NCBI GenBank assembly: GCA_020137815.1
Contig: CM035360.1
Span: 3,286,001 to 3,350,000, forward strand
DNA length: 64,000 nucleotides
DNA from: Hormiphora californensis
Lineage: Eukaryota; Animalia; Ctenophora
Direction of reading: 5' to 3'
Shown here piece by piece: positions 14,083 to 27,178 of this stretch. The notes beneath the pieces were generated by a model. It had not been told where the DNA came from. It searched no databases and saw only the letters and a list, made by a program, of their open reading frames with translations. Position 1 is the stretch's first letter; each line of letters starts with the position of its first letter. A program made the translations under genes and the position numbers.

Positions 14083-14824
14083 GTCAGTCTGAATGTTGGC
14101 AGCAACATTAAATTTCAAGGTGACTTCCTACCAGTACCATATGAACTGAAGGAAGGTTAGAATTCGAAATACACGTAACGTTTGGTGACAGTGACACCTA
14201 ATGCGAGCGAGATTGAGATATCATGTGTGCGAATCAGACAGGTAGCAATGGTACCAAACGTGTGCCTACGTTCTAGCGAGATCAGAGTATTTTCAAATAT
14301 TTTAAATTGCCTAGACAGAATTGAGTTATTTGAGGTATTGATTCCTCCTTTTGATCGATTTCCCAGTGGTATCCACCATTATCCAATCTGGTAAGTCGGA
14401 AGAACCTGTCCGTTCCTCTCATGAGCGCTCATGAGTGTATCATGAGTGTGTCATGAGTGTATCATGAGTGTATCATGAGCGCTCATGAGACGTTTTTAGG
14501 TGTTTCAACGTCTCATGAGCGCTCATGAGTGTATCATGAGTGTATCATGAGTGTGTCATGAGCGCTCATGAGTGCTCATGAGACCTTGCTCATGAGCGCT
14601 CATGAGACATATGTCTCATCCCATCTCTGTTTCAATGTCTCATGAGCGCTCATGAGACGTTTTGACCTACATGTGCTCATGAGTGTATCATGAGACATGT
14701 CTCATGAGACATATATCTCATGAGACGTTAGGGTTAGGGTTATGGTTGGGTTTAGGGTTGGGCTAGGGTTAGGGCTTTCCTTTAGGTATAGGGACCCGTA
14801 GAGGGTAGGGCTAGGTCCAAGCCT

Positions 14825-17488
14825 TACGGTGGCTGATTCACGCCAACTTTTTTAATAGAAAAAATCGATAGAAAAAAAAGAAGAAAAAAAGATTCAAAGA
14901 AAAAAAAAACACAAAAAATATTTTGGCGTGAATCAGCCACCACTCATGGCTGATCTCCGCCAACGTTTCACAAAAAAACGTTGGCGTGAATCAGCCACCC
15001 CATGGCTGATCCACGCCAAGTAACGTGTTTCGACCTAGAACTCACTAGAGGCAAGCCAATTCCGGTTGTACATCCTAGGTATAGGCCTCCTGAACATGAA
15101 AAACCAAAATGTCAGTCTCAATTGTTTGGGCGAGGTGTGTAATTAGCCCCTAATTGATTGGTAATTGAGCATAAGGAGAAAAACGCTGTATCTACCCTTA
15201 GGAAAGGAGAAGAGACACAATTAAGGGCACCAAAGTGTTCAGTGTCCTCGCATTAGTGGGGGTAGGTGCCAGAATTAAGTCTCTATCTCATCTGGTTAAT
15301 TAGATAATTGGATAATTAGGTATGCCGTTTTTAGGCTATACGGCTATAGCCACTTAGAAATGGTTTAGAGACTTTTCATTGGTGCTATTTTGTAGGCAAT
15401 GGCCAAGTTAAGGGGGGTCGACGTCGGACTTTTAAGCTCTATCTTCAGCTGTTTAGCCGTTATTTGGCTTTAAAGGTGCTCAAAATCGGGCTTTTTACCG
15501 TTTTTTGCTAATTTTGAGCACCTTTAAGGGTACACCTGGCGTTTTTTATCATCGAGTGCCCAACCAAATGACTTCACCAGGGTTTAGGCCATACAAAATG
15601 GACCTCAAATATGCAATTTTAGCCCTAAAGTCGAATTCGTATTTTTGCTACAGCCTATTTTCAAAGTGGCGTTTTTTCAATTTTTGTTGGAATTTTTAAC
15701 CTCGGGACCACTTTTTTTGAGATAGAAACATTAAATTCTTGGAATTTGAAGAGAATATAAAGGTAAATAAGCCTAAAGAAGGATTTTTGAAATGGAGCTT
15801 ATTTCTGGCCATGAGAACGGTTTACTTTTTTGCGTCTTTGACACGCTGGCTGAGAATGTTCCCATGCTTCATTAGAGATGAAAATCTGGAAATAGTTGCT
15901 CATAACGATTATCTATGTGGCCCAAAAATTTTGGAACTTTTCCGCCAAAGATGTGGTGTACAGAGCTTGTTTTGTGAAACCCGTCTTTTTGAAAAAGAGG
16001 GAAATTCCCTGTATATCAAAAACGGATGATCGTAGAGACCTGCGACCAAGCTTAATCGATTCAGAAGGTCCGATTTTGGGGGGGTCTTCTGAGAGACATT
16101 TTGCTCCTACTCCAACCGTTTTTGCTGTAACTGCGAAAAAGGTATCAGCAAGTAAGGGGGAAATCAGCCCGAAGCAAGCTACTGGAATAGGGTTGTTCCC
16201 CCTTTTCATAGAATTGGTTTTTTGCAGTTACAGCAAAAACGGTTGGAGTAGGAGCAAAATGTCTCTCAGAAGACCCCCCCAAAATCGGACCTTCTGAATC
16301 GATTAAGCTTGGTCGCAGGTCTCTACGATCATCCGTTTTTGATATACATGGAATTTCCCTCTTTTTCAAAAAGACGGGTTTCACAAAACAAACTCTGTAC
16401 ACCACATCTTTGGCGGAAAAGATCCAAAATTTTTGGGCCACATAGATAATCGTTTTGAGCAACTATTTCTAGATTTTCATCTTTAATGAAGCATGGGAAC
16501 ATTCTCAGCCAGCGTGTCAAAGACGCAAAAAAGTAAACCGTTCTCATGGCCAGAAATAAGCTCCATTTCAAAAATCCTTCTTTGGGCTTATTCTCCTTTA
16601 TATTCTCTTCAAATTCCAAGAATTTAATGTTTCTATCTCAAAAAAAGTGGTCCCGAGGTTAAAAATTCCAACAAAAATTGAAAAAACGCCACTTTGAAAA
16701 TAGGCTGTAGCAAAAATACGAATTCGACTTTAGGGCTAAAATTGCATATTTGAGGTCCATTTTGTATGGCCTAAACCCTGGTGAAGTCATTTGGTTGGGC
16801 ACTCGATGATGAAAAACGCCAGGTGTACCCTTAAAGCCAAATAACGGCTAAACGGTTGAAGATAGAGCTTAAAAGTCCGACATCGACCCCCCATAACTTG
16901 GCCATTGCCTTCAAAATGGCACCAATGAAAAGTCTCTAAACCATTCCTAAGTGGCTTATAGCCATATGGCCAGCAAACGGCTATGTGCATACTTAATTAT
17001 CCAATTATCTAATTAACCAGATGAGATAGAGACTTAATTCTGGCACCTATCCCCACTAATGCGAGGACGCTGAACACTTTGGTGCCCTTAATTGTGTCTC
17101 TTCTTCTTTCCTAAGGGTAGATACAGCGTTTTTCTCCTTATGCTCAATTACCAATCAATTAGGGGCTAATTACACACCTCCCCCCAAACAATTGAGACTG
17201 ACATTTTGGTTTTTCATGTTCAGGAGGCCTATACCTAGGATGTACAACCGGAATTGGCTTGCCTCTAGTGAGTTCTAGGTCGAAACACGTTACTTGGCGT
17301 GGATCAGCCATGGGGTGGCTGATTCACGCCAACGTTTTTTTGTGAAACGTTGGCGGAGATCAGCCATGACTGGTGGCTGATTCACGCCAAAATATTTTTT
17401 GTGTTTTTTTCTTTGAATCTTTTTTTCTTCTTTTTTTTTCTTTCGATTTTTTCTATTTAAAAAAAGTTGGCGTGAATCAGCCACCGTA
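14825..17488. mobile_element. Foldback element with TACGG..CCGTA ends and a 6-bp TSD (IS3EU-like)
   Basis: TSD AAGCCT at 14819-14824 and 17489-17494; the empty site GGTCCAAGCCTATGGG is present in family A copy 1. Confidence 0.9.
15528..16830. mobile_element. 1.3-kb foldback with TTAA TSD and GG ends (Kolobok-like), copy 1
   Basis: TTAA-GGGTACACCTGGCG..CGCCAGGTGTACCC-TTAA; second copy at 46329-47632. Confidence 0.92.
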
Positions 17489-17927
17489 AAGCCTATGGGT
17501 CAACCCTAACCCTATCCCTAACGTCTCATGAGACATATGTCTCATGAGACATGTCTCATGATACACTCATGAGCACATGTAGGTCAAAACGTCTCATGAG
17601 CGCTCATGAGACATTGAAACAGAGATGGGATGAGACATATGTCTCATGAGCGCTCATGAGCAAGGTCTCATGAGCACTCATGAGCGCTCATGATACACTC
17701 ATGACACACTCATGATACACTCATGAGCGCTCATGAGACGTTGGAACACCTAAAAACGTCTCATGAGCGCTCAAGATACACTCATGATACACTCATGACA
17801 CACTCATGATACACTCATGAGCGCTCATGAGAGGAACGGACAGGTTCTTCCGACTTACCTCCAATCTCCTACCGTGTTACCGGTTGCCATGCTACGCAGT
17901 CTGTCCGACGTCCGTTCGGTCCTTTAA

Positions 17928-19218
17928 GGGGGGGGGGGGTGACACGTAACACTTTGTAACATGTAACACGCACAAAAAGTTTTCTGCACATGTTACAAAG
18001 TGTTACATATTTTATATGGCTTAACCCTTTGGGGACGATAAGCCCCCTGTCGACAAAATTCTCTAAAACTTTCTGGAGACACTTACTTTGAACCTACTTG
18101 AACGCAGGAAAAGGAATTTTGGTTCTACCACCTGTATTTCTATTGGGTCACCTGTGACCCAATCGTCCCCTAACGCTAAAACAAGAATTGAGATTTCGCA
18201 GCTATTTTGCCCCATAACTCGAAAACCGCTCATTTTAGGCCCTATGTTTCTTCATAACACTTATATAAACCCGGCCATTCTGCACATTTTGCACACCCTA
18301 TGGACCTCTCTATCTCATCTGTAGCCGATTTTAGAATTTCAAAATTGGCCGAGATGAAAAATTTTATGAAGGAGCACGGATCTCAAAAATTTTTTCATCG
18401 ACTCCCTATGATGTTGAGATAACAATAATGGAGTCGGTTAGTCGCTAGCACCTGTTTAAAAAATGCCGTTTTAGACATTTATCGGCGGCCATTCCTTTAG
18501 AAATGCTCGTAAAATCCAAATTTCTGTTTTAGCGTTAGGGGACGATTGGGTCACAGGTGACCCAGGACTTTGAAGGCCTCTGAGAGGCACAAAATTTGTA
18601 ATATCACCCTGAAACTTTACCCCGGGGTAAAATACACCCTTTTCTTCCATTTTCCAAGTCCATTTTAAGCATACTCGTACCAATTTTGAGATATGGCCAT
18701 TAAACTACCCATTTTGCCTACCAAATGCACTGTTTTAGCCCTGTTTTCTGAAGCCGACAACTTCAGAGGCTCAAAACGACCTCAAAATGGTAGAAAAATG
18801 TATGTTTCAACACTGGAAACAACTTAAAACTTTCAAACATGATCTATAAAGACGCTAAATGGGTTCAAAGTACTGGGTCACCTGTGACCCAATCGTCCCC
18901 AAAGGGTTAAAACCGGTCCGTACACCCGATTTTGAGCTGATATGTTGTATAAAACACCATGAAACAGTGTCTTAGGTTCAGCCAAATACAAATACGTAAA
19001 ATTTATTTCAGTATTTTACGCTAAAAAAAAAATTTTTGGGCACTCTTTGTAACACTTTGTAACACTTTGTAACAATTTGTAACACTTTGGAACACTTTGT
19101 AACAATTTGTAACACTTTGTAACAATTTGTAACACTATGTAACACTTTGTAACATGTAACGTGCACAAAAAATTTTCTGCACATGTTACAAAGTGTTACG
19201 TGTCACCCCCCCCCCCCC
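17928..19218. mobile_element. TIR element with poly-G ends and TTTGTAACAC/A subrepeats
   Basis: G-run-TGACACGTAACACTTTG inverted at both ends; hosts a piggyBac-like MITE. Confidence 0.75.
18025..18906. mobile_element. piggyBac-like MITE (second copy 20277-21240, opposite orientation)
   Basis: TTAA-CCCTTTGGGGACGAT..ATCGTCCCCAAAGGG-TTAA in both copies. Confidence 0.9.
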
Positions 19219-19297
19219 TATTTCCCAGATCTCAGTATGGGTTCCGGAAGCATCAGAGCTGTCTCACCTGTAGTTGAATCAACCGGCTTCGTTGGTT

Positions 19298-21940
19298 TAG
19301 TAGAGTCGATAACTACATCGACCTCTCCCAATTGTTCCAGTTTTTGTCACATCTGTTTGGAGCCTCGACACGACCTCTAAACAGGTGTTACTTTTTCACA
19401 AACTGTTTTCATCTTGGTGTAATCAGCAGTTGAAATGTTGCTGATCATAACAAAAACCTGACTAAATTTTTTCAACTTGGGGTAAAACCATGGGTGTCAA
19501 AAGTTAGCTCTAGGTCCCCTGAGTAACCATCCGGAGACTCTAAGAGATATTTCAAGCCGTTCTCCCGTAATCATTAATCCCGGTGGAGAAAAAAATACAA
19601 TGCGGACGTACGTGAGCGCTGGCAGGCTGTTTACATGTTATTGTATGTCTCTCACTCTCTCCGGAAAAACCGCACGTGCGGTTGCGCCGCGCGAGATAAC
19701 TCTTTCTCAAGGGGGAGAAAAGAGAGAGACGCACATTAAAGTAAGAGTGGCGCGCCGTGTTTTCTCACAAAAATTAGTGGATGAACGGGGAGTACCACCA
19801 GGACCATTGGTACGGTATCGAAAATTTCCAATTCTGTCTCGTTCATTAGTTATGACGTAATATGTTCATTATTTAAACTTTTATAAAATTGCTCTTCAGA
19901 AAAATCCGTGCATTGTGGATTGAAATGGATGCTTGCATCGTGTTCAGCGTCAAAAAATAGCCGGGGTACCAAATTTTGGTGTCTCTACCTTGTCTGTGAC
20001 ACGAGATATTGACAAATATAAAAAACGACCAAAATGGGTGAGAGAGAGTTTGTTATCTTTGGGTGCTAGTTGTTTGTGCGCGCCACCCAACTGTAACAAA
20101 CTCTCTTTCTCTCACTTTGGTCGTTTTTGATAATTGTCGATATCTCGCGTCACAGACAAGGTAGAGACACCAAAATTTGGTACCCCGACTATTTTTTGAC
20201 GCTGAACACGATGCAAGCATCCATTTCAATCCACAATGCACGGATTTTTCTGAAGAGCAATTTTATAAAAGTTTAACCCTTTGGGGACGATTGGGTCACA
20301 GGTGACCCAGTACTTTGAATCCATTTAGCGTCTTTATAGATCATGTTTGAAAGTTTTAAATTGTTTCCAGGGTTGAAACATACATTTTTCTACCATTTTG
20401 AGGTCGTTTTGAGCCTCTGAAGTTGTCGACTTCGGAAAACAGGGCTAAAACAGTGCATTTGGTAGGCAAAATGGGTAGTTTAATGGCCATATCTCAAAAT
20501 TGGTAAGAGTATGCTTAAAATGGACTTGGAAAATGCAAGAAAAGTGTGTATTTTACCCCGGGGTAAAGTTCCAGGGTGATATTGCAAATTTTCTGTCTGG
20601 CGGCGCCAGACCCCAATTTGATTCAGTGCGCTCAGATGGGTCGCGGCGCCAGACAGCAAATTTTGTGCCTCTCAGAGGCCTTCAAAGTGCTGGGTCACCT
20701 GTGACCCAATCGTCCCCTAACGCTAAAACAGAAATTTGCATTTTACGAGCATTTCTAAAGGAATGGCCGCCGATAAAAGTCCAAAACGGCATTTTTTAAA
20801 CAGGTGCTAGCGACTAACCGACTCCATCATTGTTATCTCAACATCCAAGGGAGTCGATGAAAAAAAATTTGAGATCCGTGCTCCTTCAGAAAATTTTTCA
20901 TCTCGGCCAATTTTGAAATTCTAAAATCGGCTACATATGAGATAGAGAGGTCCATAGGGTGTGCAAAATGTGCAGAATGGCCGGGTTTATATAAGTGTTA
21001 TGAAGAAACATAGGGCCTAGAATGAGCGGTTTTCGAGTTATGGGGCAAAATAGCTGCGAAATCTCAATTCCTGTTTTAGCGTTAGGGGACGATTGGGTCA
21101 CAGGTGACCCAATAGAAATACAGGTGGTAGAACCAAAATTCCTTTTCCTACGTTCAAGTAGGTTCAAAGTAAGTGTCTCCAGAAAGTTTTAGAGAAGTCT
21201 GTCGACAGGGGGCTTATCGCGATATATCGTCCCCAAAGGGTTAAATAATGAACATATTACGTCATAACTAATGAACGAGACAGAATTGGAAATTTTCGAT
21301 ACCGTACCAATGGCCCTGGTGGTACTCCCCGTTCATCCACTAATTTTTGTGAGAAAACACGGCACGCCACTCTTATCCTGCATTTTCGGAACGTGTTCGT
21401 CTCAACACTGCGCGTCGCTGACTGTACCAAACCCGGGCGAACAAGCTAACAATAGTGCAATTACATGCGTGCGATGTACTATATCGCATGGAAGTTCACT
21501 ATTGTTAGCTCGCCCACCCGGGTTAGCTCGATCACCCGCGACGCGCAACGTTGAGACGAACACGCTCCGAAAAGAGAGCATTACTTTAACGTTATACATT
21601 AAAGTTGAGGTTGTAGGCAATTGCACGTACGTCCATACTCAAATATGTGCTCTACCGGGATTAATGATTACAGGAGAACGGCTTGAAATATCTCTTGGAG
21701 TCTCCGGATGGTTACTCAGGGGACCTAGAGCTAACTTTTGACACCCATGGTTTTACCCCAAGTTGAAAAAAAATAGTTCGGTTTTTGTTATGATCAACAA
21801 CATTTCAACTGCTGATTACACCAAGATGAAAACAGTTTGTGAAAAAGTAACACCTGTTTAGAGGTCGTGTCGAGGCTCCAAACTGATGTGACAAAAACTG
21901 GAACAATTGGGAGAGGTCGATGTAGTTATCGACTCTACTA
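19298..21940. mobile_element. Foldback element with TAG..CTA ends and a 3-bp TSD (Academ-like)
   Basis: ~280-bp TIRs TAGTAGAGTCGATAACTACATCG; TSD GTT. Confidence 0.85.
19740..21585. mobile_element. Foldback with TTAA TSD and AG..CT ends (Kolobok-like), nested in 19298-21940
   Basis: TTAA-AGTAAGAGTGG..; the right TIR is split by a 205-bp MITE (21376-21580, TTA duplication). A fragment recurs at 44785-44850. Confidence 0.8.
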
Positions 21941-22809
21941 GTTGTAGTGATTCTCATAATGAAAATCATATGAGAAGTGTCTGAGATAAAACGCTTAACT
22001 TATCTTTAATAATGCACTTAATCAATTTACACTTACTTATTTTCATGAAAATGAAATTTCATACATCTCCCAAAAAAACTGTCCATGCCATTAGGTACTA
22101 TTCTTATATTACTGAAAATTAAAACGGGGTCTTGCGACTCTGGCAGAGATACTCCAACTTTTGTTGGTATATAATGGATGATCCGAATTTAGCCTCCCAT
22201 GCAGATCCTCATCCGTATTGCCCGCGCGTATTATACTTTAACCCAGGACGTTTCCGGCAAATAAAAACTCGTGCGCCACCCAGGGGTGTGACAACTTCAA
22301 AAAATCCGACTTTAGCTTGTCGTATTCGTACCACATTGGCACATTATACCACGGTCAGTCACGGTAGTCACAACTCCGATAACAGAGTTATAACTCTGTT
22401 ATCGGAGTTGTGACTATATATGGGCGGCCCAGTTAGTGTTATAGGGCTAGGAACCTTACCACTAGGCCTAGGGGTTAACCGGGTTAACCTTATAGTAAGG
22501 AGTAATCCCAGCCCTACACCTAACCAAAAGGTGTAGGGATTAATCCTTATTCCTTACCCTAAGGGCTAAGCTTAACCCTAATCATATCAGGGGTGTAGGA
22601 ATGATTTTCAAAGTGGAGGGGCGAAGTCACGTGAGGGAAACTCTAACTGAATGGACGTGCAGTAATGGCAGCCCATCAACTGGAAAACTCTAACTGATAA
22701 TGGGAGCCATCACTCTGGGCGCACCAGGATTTGCCACATTCTGCTTGTAAAAGAGGCGCGATGACAAACACACGGACATGGTCGCACGTTCTGTCCATCA
22801 TTCCTTCCA

Positions 22810-24190
22810 TCCAGTTAGAGTTTTACCGTTGATGGGACACCATTACTGCGTGTCCATTCAGTTAGAGTTCCCCTGACAAATTATAGCGCTGGCCAGCGCC
22901 CGCAATTTTTTTGGAGAGCATGATTAAGTCACATGCATCATCACATTGGGCGGAGCGACAGCGGAGCCCAAGAAAAATTTTAGGTTTTTTAGCCAAACAT
23001 TCAGTCATTTGGGAGTGTTGATTATCGATTTCAAGCTAGCTGTCTTCAATTTTTTCCATACAGATTGAGTCGGTGTACAAAGTTAATACATGCCTCAATA
23101 CGTCTAACTGAGTGGGATTGTGTGAATGCAAGGGACGGCCCAATACCCAAAAAAGAGAGCGAAAATATTGGGATTGGGTTGCCCTATCTGTGACCTGGTG
23201 CTCCAATTTGATTTATAATTATATGGTGCTCATTGGATAGATAAATTCAACCCAAACAAAATGGCTCACTCTCGGTAAATTAGAGTCCTTAATTCATTAA
23301 TGAACGTGCAAATAGTTCATGAATGAAAAATGATATTTTGAATAAAAAACTCATAATTTGCAAAAAGTTACCAAGGAATTGTTCCAGCATGTTCCCTGCA
23401 TAGTTTGTTTTTGCACAACTATCTCCGTTTCGGCGGTACGTCTCGTCCCCCGCGCTCATAATTTATAGGCCACCCACTTATTGCAAGAAGATGTATATAA
23501 TATGAATCATATTATGAGAGTTTGTGTTGCCTGGCTAGACTGTGTTTCGGGCGCCCCGCCCCAGAATCACAAATGTAAAGGGAGGGTTAGAACATAACAA
23601 AGTTTGTGCATGTATTATAGTAATGTAGTTAGAGGTGGAACCTGATTGGAACGAGGGTTCTATGTATGTGACTGACTCTCATGCAGAGCCCTCAATATAC
23701 TGCACAACAACACAATCCCCTTAATTCCCTTTATTATTTTGTCGTGATTAGTTAGCATAAGAGAGAAAGAGAGAGAGGGAGAGGGATTGTGCAAACGTAA
23801 AACTCGGCATCCTTTTTACCCCAACCATTGAAAAGTCTTGCGCTGACGTGGCATCTGCATAGAGGGCCCGGGCATGCCTAATGTACTGCCTACAGAGAGA
23901 ATACAGAGAAAGAACCATCACTGTGGTCCATTATCAGTTAGAGTTTTACTGTTGATGGGATCCCATTAATGGGATGCCATTCAGTTAGAGTTTCCCCTTT
24001 CCCCTGAAAAATTATAGCGCTGGCCAGCGCCCGCAATTTTTTTGGAGAGCATGTTTAAGTCACATGCACCATCACATTGGGCGGAGCGACAGCGGAGCCA
24101 AAGAAAAATTTTAGGTTTTTTTAGCCAAAAATTCAGTCATTTGGGAGTGTTGATTATCGATTTCAAGCTAGCTGTCTTCAATTTTTTCCA
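22810..24190 (+). repeat. ~250-bp direct repeat pair (22810-23058 and 23935-24190)
   Basis: CAGTTAGAGTT..ATTATAGCGCTGGCCAGCGCCCGC..GCTAGCTGTCTTCAATTTTTTCCA occurs twice. Confidence 0.8.
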
Positions 24191-24207
24191 TTGAGTCCTG
24201 TCTGGGA

Positions 24208-24550
<343 letters not shown>

Positions 24551-24576
24551 ACTCTTTCTCCTCCAGCTTGTACCAG

Positions 24577-24957
24577 TAGCACTGGGGGACGGGAAGTGTG
24601 TTTTTGGCATCAAAACTACCAGAAGGAATTTTTTGCTGGTGCTGAGACTTTGCTAAAATGTTTTTTGGGTATTTTCTATGTCAATTCCAAAGTTTTATGA
24701 TGATTGAATGTCTTTTTCGATGTCAAAATTTCGAAAAAAGTGGCTGGAAAGACTCAATTTTTGCCGTTTTTGAGCCGTTTCCGAGCCTTTCCAGCCACTT
24801 TTTTCGAAATTTTGAGTCCGAAAAACATATTCAATCATCATGAGACTTTGGAATTGACATAGAAAATACCCAAAAAACATTTTAGCAAAGTCTCAGCACC
24901 AGCAAAAAAATTCCTTCTGGTAGTTTTGATGCCAAAAACACACTTTCCGGGGTGCTA
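24577..24957. mobile_element. Palindromic MITE
   Basis: ~170-bp inverted arms; TAGCAC..GTGCTA outer ends. Confidence 0.75.
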
Positions 24958-25016
24958 GAGCTCCGAAAACACCGGGAACCTTGAATGAGGGTATAGAATA
25001 GTCCAAGTATGAAGTT

Positions 25017-25361
25017 TCATGACCTAATCTTGTCAACTTTTTTCTGGGTGAAGCCCAACGCTTGTAAAGATCCAAAATGAACACCCTGTACAAGCGGTGT
25101 CCTAAGATTTCCCGGAACTTGTGGAACTTGAACTGCTTTTAAGTACCGGACGTATCCAGAAAACTGTCGTTGGTTTGAAGGAGTGTACATTCCCAAGGGG
25201 GAAGGGGAAGTGGTGGCCTGGTTATCGATGTCAAAGAGAGGGACACTGAGATTTGGCGTGTCCCCGAAAAGAATTTTCCCTTTGCCTGCGGCTGGTACCA
25301 GATAAAGCTGTGTCCCATCAGCCATCAGGAGAGTTGCACAAAGAACAATTAACAGCTTCAT
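25017..25361 (-). CDS. Candidate small secreted protein, 114 aa, no recognised family
   Basis: ATG start, signal-peptide-like MKLLIVLCATLLMADG, TATAAA about 45-50 bp upstream, non-repetitive sequence. Confidence 0.45.
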   Translation of the reverse strand: MKLLIVLCATLLMADGTQLYLVPAAGKGKILFGDTPNLSVPLFDIDNQATTSPSPLGMYTPSNQRQFSGYVRYLKAVQVPQVPGNLRTPLVQGVHFGSLQALGFTQKKVDKIRS

Positions 25362-25711
25362 TTTCAGTGGATACTGCAGGTGTTCCTTCGGCGTTGGATG
25401 GTTGGTTTATAAAGGAGGCTCATGGAAATGTGTCAACCTATACAAATCCCCGTGGTGCCCCATTTTAATCAGCTCATTTTGCGGATAAATTATGGGCTTT
25501 ACTTTGATCGGTGAGTACTGGATATGCAGTAAATGGTTGACCTCATTGAATAAATAATGACTAATCATTTGTCCTGTAGCTGTTAAGCTCGGAGTTTTTA
25601 TTAGTAGTACAAGTAAAGCTGGGGCGATCGTACCGATCGCAATTCAAATCGAGGGATCTGTTTCTGCATTTTTTTCTGTCTCTGTCTCTGTCTCTGTCTT
25701 TGTCTCTGTCT

Positions 25712-26033
25712 TAGAAAGGGTGAATCACATATATTCTAATCCATTAGAAAGGATGAATCACCTATCATAATCCATTAAAAAGGGTGAATCCCATATCCTA
25801 ATCCATTAGAAAGGGTGAATCACATATCCTAATCCATGAACAAGGGTGAATCACATATCCTAATCCATTAGAAAGGGTGAATCACATATCCTAATCCATT
25901 AGAAAGGGTGAATCACATATCTTAATTCATTAGAAAGGGTGAATCACATATTCTAATCCATTAGAAAGGGTGAATCACATATCCTAATCCATTAGAAAGG
26001 GTGAATCACATATCCTAATCCATTAGAAAGGGT
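25712..26033 (+). repeat. 31-bp minisatellite, about 10 copies
   Basis: Unit CCATTAGAAAGGGTGAATCACATATCCTAAT with no spacers. Confidence 0.95.
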
Positions 26034-26037
26034 AAAT

Positions 26038-26398
26038 CGACTTGACTTACTTGACTTAGGGCGGCTTCCGTGTCCGTCTGTCTATCAGTCTGCCAAAGCT
26101 CCCGGTTTTGCATTACCTCCTTTATCTCGTTGTCGGAGGCAAGACCAGTATCGTCCCTGATTTGCTTAAGGAAAGTCTTCTGGGGCCTTACCCTGCTACG
26201 ATTCCCTCTGTCCGGCTCCCAGAAAAGAAGCTGGTGAGCAGTAAGCTCGGGATGGCGCTGTATATGACCAGCCAGCCTTAATCTGCGAGCACGAACAGTG
26301 ACAAATGTCCTGGGAATATTCAATATTCTGATAGACGTCCTCATTCCGCACCTTGTCCCACCAATTGATACCTGCAGCGCCATTCTCAGCATGTTAAA
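26038..26398 (-). pseudogene. RTE-like LINE 3' fragment
   Basis: RRLRLAGHIQRH..LLFWEP..G.RSR.RP..T..Q...D...R..W, followed by a (YAAGT)n tail. Confidence 0.7.
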
Positions 26399-26629
26399 GT
26401 CGGATTTTTTCATCAAGGGACAGGGGGGTCTTTTTGACCTTATTTCAAACGCGCATATCTCCGGTTCCTGATGAGATGGAGACTTGAAATTTGGAGGTTG
26501 GAAAGATCATGCCAAGTTCTTCATAACCTCCAAATTTCAAGTCTTTATCTTACCAGGAACCGGAGATATGCGCGTTTGAAATAACGTCAAAAAGACCCCC
26601 CCCTGTCCCTTGATTAAAAAATTCGACTA
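26399..26629. mobile_element. Palindromic MITE
   Basis: Arms TCAAGGGACAGGGGGGTCTTTTTGAC.. and ..GTCAAAAAGACCCCCCCTGTCCCTTGA. Confidence 0.75.
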
Positions 26630-27113
26630 TACTATGACATCCATCCAGGATCACGTCGTCACACTGACGGTAGGGTGTCACGTATTTCCGTCAAATTTGC
26701 ATTCGATATAGTTAGATGTATTTACCTCAACGTGAAATGTGTCAACCTAAACATTTCCCGTGGTGCCCCATTTTAATCAGCTCATTTTGCGGATAAATTA
26801 TGGGCTTTACTTTGATCGGTGAGTACTGGATATGCAGTAAATGGTTGACCTCATTGAATAAATAATGACTAATCATTTGTCCTGGAAAGCTCGGACAGTA
26901 AATATTTGTTGAGCATCGTCGTCCTCGAGTACTCTACTTATTAAAGCTGCCAACACTAGGCGTCTTGATGTGAAAAAATAAGTAAAAAATTAAAAAAGAG
27001 CCCCCTAGATCGATCGTTAGACTAGACCTTCTTCTTGGTCCTGATGGTTCGGAAATCACTCGTACTGCTTCCTGGAATCAGCGCGGTCGCCGCGGAAAAT
27101 CTCGATGATATGC

Positions 27114-27157
27114 GAGTTTCAAACTTTTCAACACTACTTTAAACAAATTAATTTGAG
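27114..27157 (+). other. Spliced-leader exon copy at the 5' end of LINE A
   Basis: GAGTTTCAAACTTTTCAACACTACTTTAAACAAATTAATTTGAG. 41 nt are identical to 39307-39347(-). It matches my recollection of the Pleurobrachia SL, which is unverified here. Confidence 0.85.
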
Positions 27158-27178
27158 GTGCGGCATCCTCCACCTCAA

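Larger units (their letters stand above)
14390..17859. mobile_element. Family A copy 2 (GG ends, 8-bp TSD; Merlin-like) with nested inserts
   Basis: TSD TCCAATCT at 14382-14389 and 17860-17867. Confidence 0.92.

Noticed and set aside
15505-16619. Mirror-image ORFs in foldbacks (also 46225-47673 and 57426-59095)
   Set aside because: By-products of palindromic non-autonomous elements; no transposase motifs.
25712-26033. CRISPR-like array (also 51855-52234 and 57036-57338)
   Set aside because: Head-to-tail units without unique spacers, no cas genes, eukaryotic context.
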